Position numbers and translations under genes: made by a program | DNA from: a virus | Taxonomy: Duplodnaviria; Caudoviricetes | DNA: 28,147 nt | Virus record (IMG/VR): IMGVR_UViG_3300032254_000255 | Location: 1 to 28,147 of that record | Direction: 5' to 3' (one strand) | In this document: one piece after another, positions 14,826-23,608 of the stretch | How the letters are laid out: every line of letters starts with the position of its first letter | Position numbering within the stretch: the first letter of the stretch is position 1 | The notes under the pieces: model-generated | What the model was told of the DNA's origin: nothing | The model's database searches: none | Seen by the model: only the letters and a program-made list of their open reading frames with translations

Positions 14826-15547
14826 TGGCTGAGTTTCCATCATTGCCGGTATTTACAGACGCGTACCTGGCTGATACGCGGCACCTGACTACAGAGGAAC
14901 ACGGCGCTTATCTATTGCTGATTATGTGCGCTTGGAGGTCTCCTGAATGCAGGCTTGTCAGTGACGACAAAAAGCTTGCTCGCATGGCGGGATTAAGTGC
15001 CGCGAAATGGCGTAAGATTAAAGACACTATTGCAGAGTTTTTTACAGAAAAAGACGGGTTTCTGTATCAAAAAAAGCTCACAAAAATTCACAAAAACGTT
15101 TCAAAAAAAGTTCAACAAAATCAGCAAAACGGTAAACTAGGCGGTCGGCCTAAGTCATTGAAAAATAACGATACAGGTAAAGCGAACGGTTATGAAAATG
15201 AAAACCCAGACCTAACCCAAAGCGAACCTAACCAAAACCAAAACCAAATAGATAATGATATTAACATATCATCATCTTGTGATGATGGGGGTGATTTCCA
15301 ACAAAAAGTTATTGAAGCAGGGGGCTTGCAAATGGTTCGCTGTATGGCTGACTTGTATCTGATTAACACATGGCTAGAGGCTGGCTTAACCGAAGACCAA
15401 ATCATTAATGACGTGGCGCGTATTCGTGCAGACAAAATAGCCAAGGATGGGCAAGCGCCTTCGAGCCTGCGATATTATAATTCCTGTTTTTCCAGACCTA
15501 AACCACCAGCCAAGCAAACCAATGCAGAAAGGTTAGCAGCCCTATGA
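14825..15547 (+). CDS. DUF1376/YdaU family replication initiator (O-like)
   Basis: YLADTRHLTTEEHGAYLLLI..W, GKLGGRPK. Confidence 0.88.
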   Translation: MAEFPSLPVFTDAYLADTRHLTTEEHGAYLLLIMCAWRSPECRLVSDDKKLARMAGLSAAKWRKIKDTIAEFFTEKDGFLYQKKLTKIHKNVSKKVQQNQQNGKLGGRPKSLKNNDTGKANGYENENPDLTQSEPNQNQNQIDNDINISSSCDDGGDFQQKVIEAGGLQMVRCMADLYLINTWLEAGLTEDQIINDVARIRADKIAKDGQAPSSLRYYNSCFSRPKPPAKQTNAERLAAL

Positions 15548-16068
15548 CCCGTGAAGACGTGAAAGCGATTGTTATGGATGATTTGATGGCGCTGTATGCA
15601 AAGCCGTTTGGGGTTGGGGATGATACGGCCGCGCTGAAGGCGTACATTGAAGACCTTGCAGACATTCCGGCCTATGCTCTTGATAAAGGTTGGAAGGAAA
15701 TCCGCAGAAGCCATGCGCAAACGGTACGGCCTAATATTGCAGAAATCCGCAAAGCCTGCCTAAGCCATGTACAGGCAACCGCCACTTACAGGCACCCGCC
15801 AAGCCAGCGTGAATGCTTTGCAACCCCCCAAGGGCAATACGCCTTGAGCAAGGGACATGGTAACAGCTTTTACAACACGTGTTGGCAGCGCAAGGAAATC
15901 ATTAGCCAGAAGGCAACGGAGGTAATGATTAGCGAGATACTGGCAAGCCGCAACAGCATGGCAACAGACCCCGACCAACGCATAAGGGATGCTGGAAAAC
16001 GCAATATCGCCACCACTGAGAAAGCAGAGGCGGAGCTTCGCAGAAAATACGGAAGGGCAGCGGCATGA
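15544..16068 (+). CDS. Hypothetical protein, possible helicase loader (P-like position)
   Basis: Follows initiator; Y..DLADIP..L..G...IRR..RPNIAEIRKAC pattern. Confidence 0.55.
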   Translation: MTREDVKAIVMDDLMALYAKPFGVGDDTAALKAYIEDLADIPAYALDKGWKEIRRSHAQTVRPNIAEIRKACLSHVQATATYRHPPSQRECFATPQGQYALSKGHGNSFYNTCWQRKEIISQKATEVMISEILASRNSMATDPDQRIRDAGKRNIATTEKAEAELRRKYGRAAA

Positions 16069-16412
16069 GCAGCCACCTAAGATATGCTCCAACACTAGAC
16101 CGCTTAGGATGGCTTTACGAGGTTGGCTCAAGGGTGTGTTTTGACAGCACAGAATTACGCAAGGAGCTGCGCAGTATGCGAGGCCGCAAGTCTGCATGTC
16201 ACAGTGACTGTGCCCTGACTATTGCGCAACTAGCGAGCATATCCGGCGTACCGTTTGGGACTGTAAGTAAGGCTGAGAGTGTACCTGACGGCGTATCGCT
16301 TGGAATTATGCGCAAACTAACAGCAGCGCACGGCAAGAGGCTGGCAATTGTAATTTATGACGACGATCAACCTGTAAGTAATCCTTACATGTTCAACAGT
16401 GAGGTGAAGTGA
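16065..16412 (+). CDS. XRE-type HTH protein
   Basis: LTIAQLASISGVPFGTVSKAE. Confidence 0.7.
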   Translation: MSSHLRYAPTLDRLGWLYEVGSRVCFDSTELRKELRSMRGRKSACHSDCALTIAQLASISGVPFGTVSKAESVPDGVSLGIMRKLTAAHGKRLAIVIYDDDQPVSNPYMFNSEVK

Positions 16413-16702
16413 TGGAAGATTTAAAACCATGCCCGTTTTGTGGTGGCGAGGCTGATATTGAGAGTTGGCACGTGTATGATAGTTGGTACTGGGAGGGAGT
16501 ATGTGAATGTAAACGCTGTGGTGCTAAAGGGTCAGCACCTCAATGTGAAGCAAGGATTAACGTTAGACCAGAGTTTATCGTCACTCATGAGGAGGCTGAA
16601 TTAAAGGCAAGACAGGGCGCAATAAAGGCATGGAACACCCGCGCAAACGACCTTCGACCAATAGCTGAATGCCCCTACCAGAAAGGCCAAAGCAATGACT
16701 GA
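16409..16702 (+). CDS. Lar-family restriction alleviation protein
   Basis: LKPCPFCGG..CKRCGA..AIKAWNTR. Confidence 0.85.
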   Translation: MMEDLKPCPFCGGEADIESWHVYDSWYWEGVCECKRCGAKGSAPQCEARINVRPEFIVTHEEAELKARQGAIKAWNTRANDLRPIAECPYQKGQSND

Positions 16703-16814
16703 AGACGAAAGGCCGGAAAACTGGAAAGAGCTTGCGTCTTGGATGTTGGCCGATTTTGAACGGTATGCCTATGACGAAAACGAACTGCGCCAAATACCAC
16801 TCGGAGGACGCTAG
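16695..16814 (+). CDS. Hypothetical protein, 39 aa (not in ORF track)
   Basis: GAAAGG RBS; fills the gap between lar-like gene and next gene. Confidence 0.5.
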   Translation: MTEDERPENWKELASWMLADFERYAYDENELRQIPLGGR

Positions 16815-16816
16815 CA

Positions 16817-17431
16817 ATGCTGAGTGAATACGACCAAAGAGTCCGTAAAGCCATTCGCGCTGAAAAGCAGGAACGTGCAAACAACGCATGCCAGTACAAC
16901 ATAACTGACAGGGTAAACGATGTACGCTCAGACAGCCCTTTAGTGCTAGGCCCTATCAACCGTGAATACGTGCTAAAAATGAAGGATACTTGGTGGGCAC
17001 CTTTCACAATGGCTAAGGCTGTTGACGGCGAGGGCAAGGACGCACCTAAGCTAACTACAGACCAGTATAGAGCTGCCTGTGAGCTTTCAGAGGCGTTTCA
17101 TATCATAACGTCCCCCGTTCATGCGCGTATATCAGACCCTGGCGCTGTTGGTGGTGGTTCTGGCAGGGACTTTGATCCATCGATCAAGCAAGTAGAGCTT
17201 ATGCGCAAGCACGGCGAATGGATAACCAAGGCACAGCATGACAGGGGCTTATGCAGGATGCACCGTAGTGGCAAGACGTATTTGTGCTTATTCATGGATA
17301 TGGTGCAGGGAGACACTACAATAGCCTGCATGAAGCGAGAGAAGGGTTTAGCACCGGCAACATCTCACAGAATTATCACAATGGGCGTCGATATGTATGT
17401 GGAGATGCATTTTAAGGGGCGTAGGAAGTAG
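16817..17431 (+). CDS. Putative late-gene regulator (Q-position, DUF6456-like)
   Basis: GGAGG RBS; near end of early-right operon before a promoter/terminator pair; function inferred from position. Confidence 0.5.
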   Translation: MLSEYDQRVRKAIRAEKQERANNACQYNITDRVNDVRSDSPLVLGPINREYVLKMKDTWWAPFTMAKAVDGEGKDAPKLTTDQYRAACELSEAFHIITSPVHARISDPGAVGGGSGRDFDPSIKQVELMRKHGEWITKAQHDRGLCRMHRSGKTYLCLFMDMVQGDTTIACMKREKGLAPATSHRIITMGVDMYVEMHFKGRRK

Positions 17432-17433
17432 TT

Positions 17434-17877
17434 ATGATTGATATTGTAATTATAGGGATTGTGATGTGTGGCCTCGTATGGATATTTATAGACACCCTTG
17501 CGTGGAGTAGAGAGGTTTCTTTTAAAAAATCGCAGTTTAATGCTATGAAAATAGAAAGCTTAAAAAGTGCAAACCGGCGCTTTAATGACGGAAAAGAATA
17601 TCATTTACCTTACAGCGACAATGCGGCAGAGCACACAAGACAGGCCGGGACGTTATCTAAATGCGGGCGCATTCTTTATTTGTCTAAACCTCCCATTGGT
17701 GATGTTGTCTGCACAGGAGTTGGTGCGCATAGCGTTGATGTTGTAGTGCCTAATAATATCCTACGGCAATGCCGCCTTGCTTGGGGACATGGCAGAATTA
17801 TTAAAGATATAGAGGGTGATGATCTTATTACTAACGGTAGCTTCGACACTAGCAAGCATTGGGCTAAGGAACAGTAG
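17434..17877 (+). CDS. Hypothetical protein with N-terminal TM helix
   Basis: IVIIGIVMCGLVWIFI; AGGA RBS. Confidence 0.6.
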   Translation: MIDIVIIGIVMCGLVWIFIDTLAWSREVSFKKSQFNAMKIESLKSANRRFNDGKEYHLPYSDNAAEHTRQAGTLSKCGRILYLSKPPIGDVVCTGVGAHSVDVVVPNNILRQCRLAWGHGRIIKDIEGDDLITNGSFDTSKHWAKEQ

Positions 17878-17982
17878 CAAGTGTAAGTTGTAAAATATGG
17901 GGTGTTGTCTCTCATATTACGGGGTTAACACACCAATAAGGATATATGTCGCAATTAATTTTACGATTAACGAAATTAACGC

Positions 17983-18011
17983 TTGAAAAAGTGGAACCTT
18001 TAGGGTAAGGT
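17983..18011 (+). promoter_or_regulatory. Putative late promoter (pR'-like)
   Basis: TTGAAA-N17-TAAGGT in the intergenic region before the late genes. Confidence 0.6.
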
Positions 18012-18054
18012 TTAATCATTGTCAAAAGGTGCGCATTGAGCACTTAGGATAGAC

Positions 18055-18081
18055 AGCCTCGCCATAACAGCGGGGCTTTTT
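18055..18081 (+). terminator. tR'-like intrinsic terminator
   Basis: AGCCTCGC-N7-GCGGGGCT followed by T tract. Confidence 0.75.
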
Positions 18082-18146
18082 GCGTTTAACAACACCCCTA
18101 ACGCCTCTCAGTGACGCGCACCATTTGGGGTTACTTATTTAGGCAC

Positions 18147-18497
18147 ATGACACAAGAACACCGCCGGTTATACAAAACCAAAGCGTGGCGCTTAACCCGT
18201 GTCACAGTAATTACAGAGGCTGGCTTCAGGTGTGAAGAATGTAAACGGCCTATTGTCCTGCACAAGCGTGAAGCAACAAAGTGCATACCAGTCGCACATG
18301 TAGACCATATCAAAACAGTTAAAGAAGCCCCTGAGTTACAGCTAGAGCGCAGTAACCTGAGGTGCTTATGCGAACCATGCCACAACCGGCGCACTATTTA
18401 CGATCAAGGCGTACACAAGAACAGCAAGCGCAAGCTATCAAGCGCGTGTGATGTAAACGGCTGGCCTACTGATAAGGAACATAGCTGGAATGATTAA
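18147..18497 (+). CDS. HK97 gp74-like HNH endonuclease (terminase-associated)
   Basis: YKTKAW..R, CEEC, VDHI, NLRCLCEPCHNR; upstream of terminase. Confidence 0.88.
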   Translation: MTQEHRRLYKTKAWRLTRVTVITEAGFRCEECKRPIVLHKREATKCIPVAHVDHIKTVKEAPELQLERSNLRCLCEPCHNRRTIYDQGVHKNSKRKLSSACDVNGWPTDKEHSWND

Positions 18498-19362
18498 GAC
18501 ATTAGAGCGCATATTCCGTTATGTAAGCGACACGCTAAAGCTATCCCGCCCGATGTACCTTGATAAGACGCTTGAGGTTACTGGTGATACGACTATTACC
18601 GGTGCGGCTGATTTGGGCAGTACGTTAGATGTAACAGGTGACAGTACGATAGGCGGCTCACTTGATGTAACGACAGACTTAGATGTTACAGGAGACACTA
18701 CACTTCAAGGCGCTACTACAAGGATAGGCGGCGTTGATCTAGTTATAGGAACGCCCGACCCTGACACGGTAGTTACTGCTCCTCAGGGATCGGTATTTTT
18801 TAGGACCAACGGTTCTGGGAGTACTGGTATATACACGAATACAGATGGCAGCACAGCATGGACTGCGGTTGGTTCATCTGGCGGGGCTTCTTGGACACAG
18901 GCATATAATGCCACACCAAGCGGCGCGTCTATTGACGTTACCAGCATAGCGTCAGGCGCAAACGAAATTCATATCCTTATAAGAGAGGTCTCAACATCTG
19001 GTGCTGGAACATTCAATGTCCAGATCGGAGATAGTGACGGCATAGAGGCCACAGGCTATAACGGTTCATATGGAGATGTAGAAGATGATGGCAGCATTGC
19101 GGGAAACACATCCACGATGTCCACATCTTTCGGCTTGCATAGCGATGCATCCAACGACACACGATCCGCATATGTTACATTAACAAGGTTCGACGGTAAC
19201 ACATGGGCTTGTTCATCTAATTTAATAGACAGCTCAGGCACTGAGCAGATAGGCGCTGGCGCTGGTGACAAAACACTATCAGGTGAATTAGATAGAATAA
19301 GAATAAACGCCGGAGGTGCCGCAACCTTTAGCGCCGGGAACATTAAGGTTGCTTACAAGTAA
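18490..19362 (+). CDS. Fibre/spike-like Gly/Thr/Ser-rich structural protein
   Basis: LDVTGD-type repeats, APQGSVFFRTNG..IY..W motif, beta-rich C-terminal domain. Confidence 0.6.
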   Translation: MIKTLERIFRYVSDTLKLSRPMYLDKTLEVTGDTTITGAADLGSTLDVTGDSTIGGSLDVTTDLDVTGDTTLQGATTRIGGVDLVIGTPDPDTVVTAPQGSVFFRTNGSGSTGIYTNTDGSTAWTAVGSSGGASWTQAYNATPSGASIDVTSIASGANEIHILIREVSTSGAGTFNVQIGDSDGIEATGYNGSYGDVEDDGSIAGNTSTMSTSFGLHSDASNDTRSAYVTLTRFDGNTWACSSNLIDSSGTEQIGAGAGDKTLSGELDRIRINAGGAATFSAGNIKVAYK

Positions 19363-19382
19363 TTACGATAACCGTAAATATA

Positions 19383-19445
19383 TGGGCGGGGGGTCAATTC
19401 TTTGGGGCTTTTGGCGCGCGGGACCGTATGTGGGGTCAATCTTTT
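19383..19445 (+). other. Probable cos / packaging initiation region
   Basis: G-run, GGGGTCAAT direct repeats and GGACCG in non-coding DNA just upstream of terS, as in HK97-like cos phages. Confidence 0.55.
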
Positions 19446-19490
19446 ATAAACCCGTAGAGAAAAAGTTTCGATAAACGTAAAAGGTGCAGC

Positions 19491-19913
19491 ATGGGTGATC
19501 GTGGTAAGAAGTCTTCTGCCGCTGCATCAGTGGTTCCTATTCAGGGTGGTAAGTCTATTGCACGGCCCATAGCGCCGCCCGATTTAACAGATGTACAGGC
19601 TGAGGAGTGGGACAGGATAATAGGGTCTTTACCTGCTGACTGGTTCCCTCCTGAAACACATAACTTACTTTCTCAGTATTGCAGGCATTCTATAGCTGCG
19701 CGAAACATTGGTCAACTGATCTCCAATATGGAAGGTTTAGAGGCCATTGAGATTGATGAATATGACAAGCTTTTGAAGATGCAAGAGCGCGAGGGTAGGG
19801 CTATGAGTTCACTCGCCACCCGTATGCGTATGACACAGCAGGCAACCTATCACCCTGAGAAAACTAAAGGCAAAGGGCGTATGCGCTTAAAGCCTAATGA
19901 GTTTGATGGCTAA
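19491..19913 (+). CDS. terS: Terminase small subunit (P27-like)
   Basis: RG.K N-terminus, APPDL..EW, LLSQYC, LATRMRMT; precedes terL. Confidence 0.85.
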   Translation: MGDRGKKSSAAASVVPIQGGKSIARPIAPPDLTDVQAEEWDRIIGSLPADWFPPETHNLLSQYCRHSIAARNIGQLISNMEGLEAIEIDEYDKLLKMQEREGRAMSSLATRMRMTQQATYHPEKTKGKGRMRLKPNEFDG

Positions 19914-21459
19914 GAAGATTCGCCGGGGTGAACGGAATGTTCGCTGGATTGAGAAATATTGCCGGATTCCTGAAGGGAAGTTTGTAGGGCAACCTGTTAA
20001 GTTAAGACCGTGGCAAAAGAAACTTGTCAAAAAGATATACGATAACCCTGATGTTACGAGACGGGCTATCATTAGCTTTGGCCGTAAGAATGCAAAGACA
20101 ACATTCAGCGCCTTTTTACTTCTGTTGCATTTGTGTGGCCCTGAGGCTCGACCTAATAGCCAGCTTAACAGCGCGGCACAGTCAAAAGACCAAGCGGCGG
20201 TGTTGTTTGCGCTTGCTGCAAAGATGGTTCGTTTGTCTGAAGACCTTGCGGAATTTGTAACGGTACGCGATACGGTTAAGGAGTTGTTTTGCTCCGAGCT
20301 TGGTACAAAATATAAGGCGCTATCTGCTGAGGCGGCAACAGCTTACGGGTTAAGTCCTGTATTTACTGTGCATGACGAACTAGGGCAGGTAAGAGGCCCA
20401 AGGTCTGAGCTTTACGATGCTTTAGAAACGGCGGTGGGGGCGCATGATAATCCCTTATCTGTGGTCATTAGTACTCAGGCTCCGAATGATAACGATTTAC
20501 TATCTGTATTAATAGATGATGCTAAGGCGGGTAATGATCCGCAAGTGGTTTTGAGCCTTTACACGGGTGATATAGACCTTGATATAACGGACAAGAAGCA
20601 GCTTTTGAAAGCAATCAAGCAGGCTAACCCCGCTTATGGGGATTTCCTTAATGCTAAAAACGTAATGGGCATGGCTCAAGACGCCATTAGGATGCCAGCA
20701 AGGGAACCTGAGTTTCGCAATCTGGTTTTAAACCAGCGCGTTGAAATGAACAGCCCGTTTATATCGTCTTCTCTGTGGAAAGAGTGCATGATAGACGCGG
20801 TTGCAGAGTTTAAAGGGTGTCCCGTTTATGCTGGACTTGATCTATCAGAGGTGCGCGACTTAACCGCGCTTGTCCTTGTAGCTCTTATCGATGGTGTTTG
20901 GCATGTTAGGCCGGTGTTTTGGCTACCTCAAGAGGGCCTTATTGAAAGGGCGCGTGCTGATAGGGTGCCTTATGATGCTTGGGCTAAGGATGGGTATATA
21001 GAAACTATACCTGGACGCACAATTGATTATAGGCATGTTGCAACATATATGCGTGGACTTTTCGATACGCTTGATATGCGGTCGGTCGCCTTTGACCGTT
21101 GGAATTGGCGACACTTCAAAAGCTGGCTTGTAGATGCTGGTTTTACTGATAGCGAAATGGAAAAGCATTTTGTCGAGTTCGGTCAAGGTTATGTGAGCAT
21201 GTCTCCTGCCTTGCGGGACACTGAGGAAGCTATTCTGTCAAGGAAGCTTGCACATGACGGGCACCCCGTCTTGACTATGTGCGCCGCAAACGCGGTGGTG
21301 CAACAAGATCCCGCAGGAAACCGGAAACTATCAAAAGTTAAATCTAGTGGTCGTATTGACGGTATGGTGTCGCTTGCAATGGCAATGGCAATGGCTGCAA
21401 CGCATGAAGAAGAAAACACGAGGTCGGTATATGAAGACCGAGAGGTATTAATGATATGA
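19897..21459 (+). CDS. terL: Terminase large subunit
   Basis: LRPWQ, Walker A GRKNAKT, Walker B VHDE, ISTQ, GLDLS, RIDGMV. Confidence 0.96.
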   Translation: MSLMAKKIRRGERNVRWIEKYCRIPEGKFVGQPVKLRPWQKKLVKKIYDNPDVTRRAIISFGRKNAKTTFSAFLLLLHLCGPEARPNSQLNSAAQSKDQAAVLFALAAKMVRLSEDLAEFVTVRDTVKELFCSELGTKYKALSAEAATAYGLSPVFTVHDELGQVRGPRSELYDALETAVGAHDNPLSVVISTQAPNDNDLLSVLIDDAKAGNDPQVVLSLYTGDIDLDITDKKQLLKAIKQANPAYGDFLNAKNVMGMAQDAIRMPAREPEFRNLVLNQRVEMNSPFISSSLWKECMIDAVAEFKGCPVYAGLDLSEVRDLTALVLVALIDGVWHVRPVFWLPQEGLIERARADRVPYDAWAKDGYIETIPGRTIDYRHVATYMRGLFDTLDMRSVAFDRWNWRHFKSWLVDAGFTDSEMEKHFVEFGQGYVSMSPALRDTEEAILSRKLAHDGHPVLTMCAANAVVQQDPAGNRKLSKVKSSGRIDGMVSLAMAMAMAATHEEENTRSVYEDREVLMI

Positions 21460-22667
21460 GCATACGCGACCGAATTGCAGGCTTCATATCGCCCGAGCTG
21501 GCACAGAAAGCCGCCGCTGTTACGCCTGATGGTGATTTTGGTTGGTCCGGCCCCGGCGTTGATGGTGGGATATTCGGGGCTGAGAGTGCTCAAAAGGTAT
21601 CCGCCGTTTTTGCTTGTGTGTCTATTATTGCGGAAACAGTTGGATCAATACCATTAGAGTTTAAGCGCATTGATGGCGCTGAAGGTGAGGGCTTTAAGCA
21701 TGTAGATGCTTTTGCTGTATCGCCTAACCCATTACAAACTGGAATTGATTTTTGGTCTGAAATGGCATGGACGGCGGCGCTGCATGGTGAAGCCGTGGCG
21801 GAACCTTTATATAATGACGGGTTTGAGATTTGGCCCCTACCGGCTTCCCGTTTATCTAAGCGGGTAGAGGAAAGGTCTATTTCATACGAATATCAGCAAA
21901 TTGGCGGGATTAAACGAGACTTGTCTCCGGTCAATGTGTTTCGCTTTTCCGGTTTGTCAGTCGGCTTGCAAGAAATAGTGCCGTGGGAAACGGCTAAACA
22001 GGCTATTGAGCTTGCGCGCGTTCTTGAAACGCAGGGTAAGAATTTCTTTCAAAATTCTGCAAGGCTCGCTGGTTATCTGTACGCTGACGGGTCGTTGACC
22101 GAGGAGGCATATAAGCGTTTGAAGAAGCAATTCAATAGCTTCAGTGGCGCGATCAACGCCGGGAAAACGCCGATATTTGAAGAAGGACTGAAGTACAATA
22201 CTATTTCAGCCTCTAATCAAGACAGTCAATATAATGAAATACGCGAGGCTCAGATAAGAGAGATCGCGCTTTACTGGCATATACCCCTTTACCGTCTTGG
22301 CTTATCTGCTGGCAAAACGTCTGTTGAACAGCAAGATTTAGACTTTGCAAAATATCTGGTGCGGCCTTGGCTGAAGCGTATAGAACAAGCGATAGCCCGA
22401 GACTTGTTATCTGACGACGAGCGCAAAATCTGGAAGCCTAAGTTTAATATGGATGGGCTGCTGAGGGCAGATAGTAAAACCCGCGCTTCTAATCGAGTTC
22501 TTGACCGTACATCAGGCACAATCTCCATAAATGAAGGACGGGCGCAAGAGGGCTTACCCAAGATAGACGAGCCTTGGGCGGATGATGTGCGCGAGCCTCT
22601 GAATAGCAATCGTGCAGCCGATACTATGACAGGCGGGGAAACAGCACCACAGGATGATAGCGAATGA
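21456..22667 (+). CDS. HK97-family portal protein
   Basis: SAVFACVSIIAETV, NAGK..FEEGL, SINEGR.QEGLP. Confidence 0.95.
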   Translation: MSIRDRIAGFISPELAQKAAAVTPDGDFGWSGPGVDGGIFGAESAQKVSAVFACVSIIAETVGSIPLEFKRIDGAEGEGFKHVDAFAVSPNPLQTGIDFWSEMAWTAALHGEAVAEPLYNDGFEIWPLPASRLSKRVEERSISYEYQQIGGIKRDLSPVNVFRFSGLSVGLQEIVPWETAKQAIELARVLETQGKNFFQNSARLAGYLYADGSLTEEAYKRLKKQFNSFSGAINAGKTPIFEEGLKYNTISASNQDSQYNEIREAQIREIALYWHIPLYRLGLSAGKTSVEQQDLDFAKYLVRPWLKRIEQAIARDLLSDDERKIWKPKFNMDGLLRADSKTRASNRVLDRTSGTISINEGRAQEGLPKIDEPWADDVREPLNSNRAADTMTGGETAPQDDSE

Positions 22668-23515
22668 TAGAAACAACTAATTTATGGGCCTTAACGCCTA
22701 ACCTTATCCCTGAAGTTGTGAAAGGCTCGGCTATTGAAAATATCTTGCCGGACGGGCTTAAAGCTATTCTAGGCGGTCAAAAAGCCGCAAAGCAAAATGA
22801 CCCTATTCGACAGGGTGGCACGGCTATTGTAAATATATCTGGTGTACTATCTCCGAAAGGCTCTAGTGGCACTTCGACGGAGCGTCTTGCCGCACAAATG
22901 CGCGACTTGGCGGCTGACAAGAAAATCGGCGCGATTATCCTTAATGTAGAATCCCCCGGCGGCTTTGTTTACGGCACGCCTGAGGCGGCGGATGCAATTT
23001 ATGAAGCGCGCAAAAGTAAACCTGTTGTAGCGGTGGCAACAACTATGGCAGCAAGTGCGGCCTACTGGTTAGCATCTCAATCTAGCGCTTTTTATGCAAG
23101 CCCTTCTGCTGATGTTGGTTCTGTTGGGGTCTATGCTTCACACACTGACACAAGCGGGTTTGAAGACAAGATAGGCTTTAAAACAACGCTAGTTAGTGCA
23201 GGCCCCAAGAAGGTTCTAGGGAACCCCTATGAGGCGCTAACAGAAGAAGCTCAAGCAGAAATTCAAGAGTCTGTTGACGAAAGTTATCAAAGCTTTTTGA
23301 ACGCAATTGCGCGCGGTCGTGGGATTAGCGCGAAAGATGTTGCGTCCGGCCACGGTGAAGGCGCTCTAGTCTCAGCCCATAAGGCCCAGGGTAAGGGTAT
23401 GATTGACGGCGTTATGACGCTGCAAGAGGTTGTTTCCAAATACAGTTCAAGTCGTTCGAGGCTGTCCCTTATGAGGCGGCAGGCAGCGGCAAGGCGTTGC
23501 TTGGCAAACGTCTAA
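22664..23515 (+). CDS. S49-family prohead protease
   Basis: ESPGG, AASAAYWLAS, VGSVGV. Confidence 0.92.
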   Translation: MIETTNLWALTPNLIPEVVKGSAIENILPDGLKAILGGQKAAKQNDPIRQGGTAIVNISGVLSPKGSSGTSTERLAAQMRDLAADKKIGAIILNVESPGGFVYGTPEAADAIYEARKSKPVVAVATTMAASAAYWLASQSSAFYASPSADVGSVGVYASHTDTSGFEDKIGFKTTLVSAGPKKVLGNPYEALTEEAQAEIQESVDESYQSFLNAIARGRGISAKDVASGHGEGALVSAHKAQGKGMIDGVMTLQEVVSKYSSSRSRLSLMRRQAAARRCLANV

Positions 23516-23540
23516 CAAGGTCCACACATGGACGAAACCA

Positions 23541-23567
23541 AAGGCTCCCAAACGGGGGCCTTTTTTT
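23541..23567 (+). terminator. Terminator-like hairpin upstream of the capsid gene
   Basis: AAGGCTCCC-AAAC-GGGGGCCTT then TTTTT. Confidence 0.7.
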
Positions 23568-23608
23568 GTTGGGGCCATCCCCGGCTAATCACGAAAGGAG
23601 ATAGGCAA

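Noticed and set aside
17955-17980. CtrA boxes (TTAA-N7-TTAA) at the late promoter
   Set aside because: TTAA spacings are 8 and 5 nt, not 7
23528-23608. Upstream start of the capsid gene
   Set aside because: Runs through a terminator-like hairpin; strong AAGGAG RBS supports 23609
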